From Amoebidium appalachense (lineage: Eukaryota > Protista > Ichthyosporea): a DNA stretch of 64,000 nucleotides. The notes under the pieces were generated by a model that had not been told where the DNA came from, searched no databases, and worked only from the letters and a program-made list of their open reading frames with translations. Below are positions 62,645 through 64,000 of the stretch, in pieces. Numbering within the stretch: position 1 is the first letter of the stretch; each line of letters begins with the position of its first letter. The stretch spans positions 558,001 through 622,000 of the forward strand of contig CAVNZM010000012.1 of assembly GCA_963693365.1 (NCBI GenBank), in the 5' to 3' direction. Both the position numbers and the translations under genes were made by a program.

Positions 62645-63404
62645 GGAACCCACCCGTCTAAAAAAAAAGAAGTGGTGGGTCCCCCCCTCTCCCCCCCCCC
62701 CCCCGCTCCCCCCCGTCCCCCCCTCTCATCACCTTCGGGACGTCCCCCCCCCACACCTTCGGCTAGCAGGGAGGAAGGAGGAGAAGGAGGAAGGGGGGGG
62801 GGGGGGGGGGGGGGGAGGGGAAGGAACCCACCCACCCCACAATGTTTCAGATATCATCATGATCCGGTACATACAATACTACACTACTATGATAAAATAT
62901 GTATGTACATTCTCAAAACGTATTCATTGAAGATTAGTAGTCTTCGAAGTTCACCTGAAAGTCAGGCTACACACTACGGGAATTTTCTCCCTCCTCCCTC
63001 CACCTGGGCGCCGTTCAGTAACTTCCCCCCCCAGCGCGCTCGTGCACACATGCACACACCTTCACACCTATCCACACACATACGTACACACATACATACC
63101 ACACACGCACACGTATGATGTATACAAACCTATGATGTGCACGTGTACGGTATGCCTTGCTATACACTCACACTAATCATTTAGTATATCTACTGAGCAT
63201 GTGTACACGGGGGTTTACGCTGTTTACTCGAGGCAAAGAGAAACCAGTCTCAGGTATGGGGGGGGGGTTTTGCTCGGAATATCCCCTCAGCGGTATATCA
63301 TGAACACGTACATAGATGTCGGGTGATGACTATATATCAGGGTTTACTTTCTCTACGAGACACCATAAAGACTACAAGGAGAAATCAATTAGTTGGGGTT
63401 CCCC

Positions 63405-63446
<42 letters not shown>

Positions 63447-63479
63447 AGGGGCTCACCTGGGACACTCGGTATCAGCTGG

Positions 63480-63559
<80 letters not shown>

Positions 63560-64000
63560 GTGCGCGTGCGCTATAATTTTGTAGTGATGTGTTTCTCAAG
63601 CCAATCAATACATCTAATGAACAGGTCGTAGTTACGCGTGTTTAGTATAAAATCAAGGATGTTGTAATTTACAGATAGGCTATCTTTCTGGGTGTCTGTT
63701 GTGAATGTGACGTGTGTGTGTTGCGGTATTATGTGGTCTATCAAACTACATTTGGCGATACATGACCGGTTGAACTGGTGTGTGTGTGTGTTGTTTGGGC
63801 ATGCAAATGATGCCACCTTATACTTATTAGATCTCCACTGTATAGCACGTGTACAGTAAAAGCGTGGTAATTGATCAATAATACCATCAGCTAGAGAAAG
63901 ACCAGTTCTACAGGAAGGCAATATGTATTTAGGTGTTATACATTTGCGAGTGCCATATTTGGCAATATGGTTGAGGCGGTCAGTATATATAAAACGAGAC

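Overview
Eukaryotic genomic DNA, intron-rich, with introns full of (CA/GT)n and poly(C)/poly(G) tracts; nearly all ORFs in the supplied track are repeat artefacts. The gene content looks opisthokont (possibly a unicellular holozoan), which is inference only. Hand-splicing gives nine protein-coding loci: RPB10/POLR2L (-), TBCB (+), an unknown type-I membrane protein ending in GYQQL (-), an intronless SMPDL3-like phosphoesterase (-), a trypsin-TSP1-PAN-hevein-PAN mosaic protease (-), PTAR1 (-), a RapGAP with a hydrophobic N-terminus and a GC-AG intron (+), a Yar1-like ankyrin protein (-), and a disrupted gene with two PAN and four SdrD-B/CarboxypepD-like domains (+). Two copies of a probably tRNA-derived SINE carry target-site duplications. 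The most unusual signal is a structured intronic repeat family whose ~55-nt 3' end terminates in a branch-point-like motif plus poly(C). It occurs in introns of six unrelated genes, always sense to the host and often just upstream of the 3' splice site; a second family shows the same polarity. All exon models and alignments were made by eye and need RNA-seq or computational confirmation.
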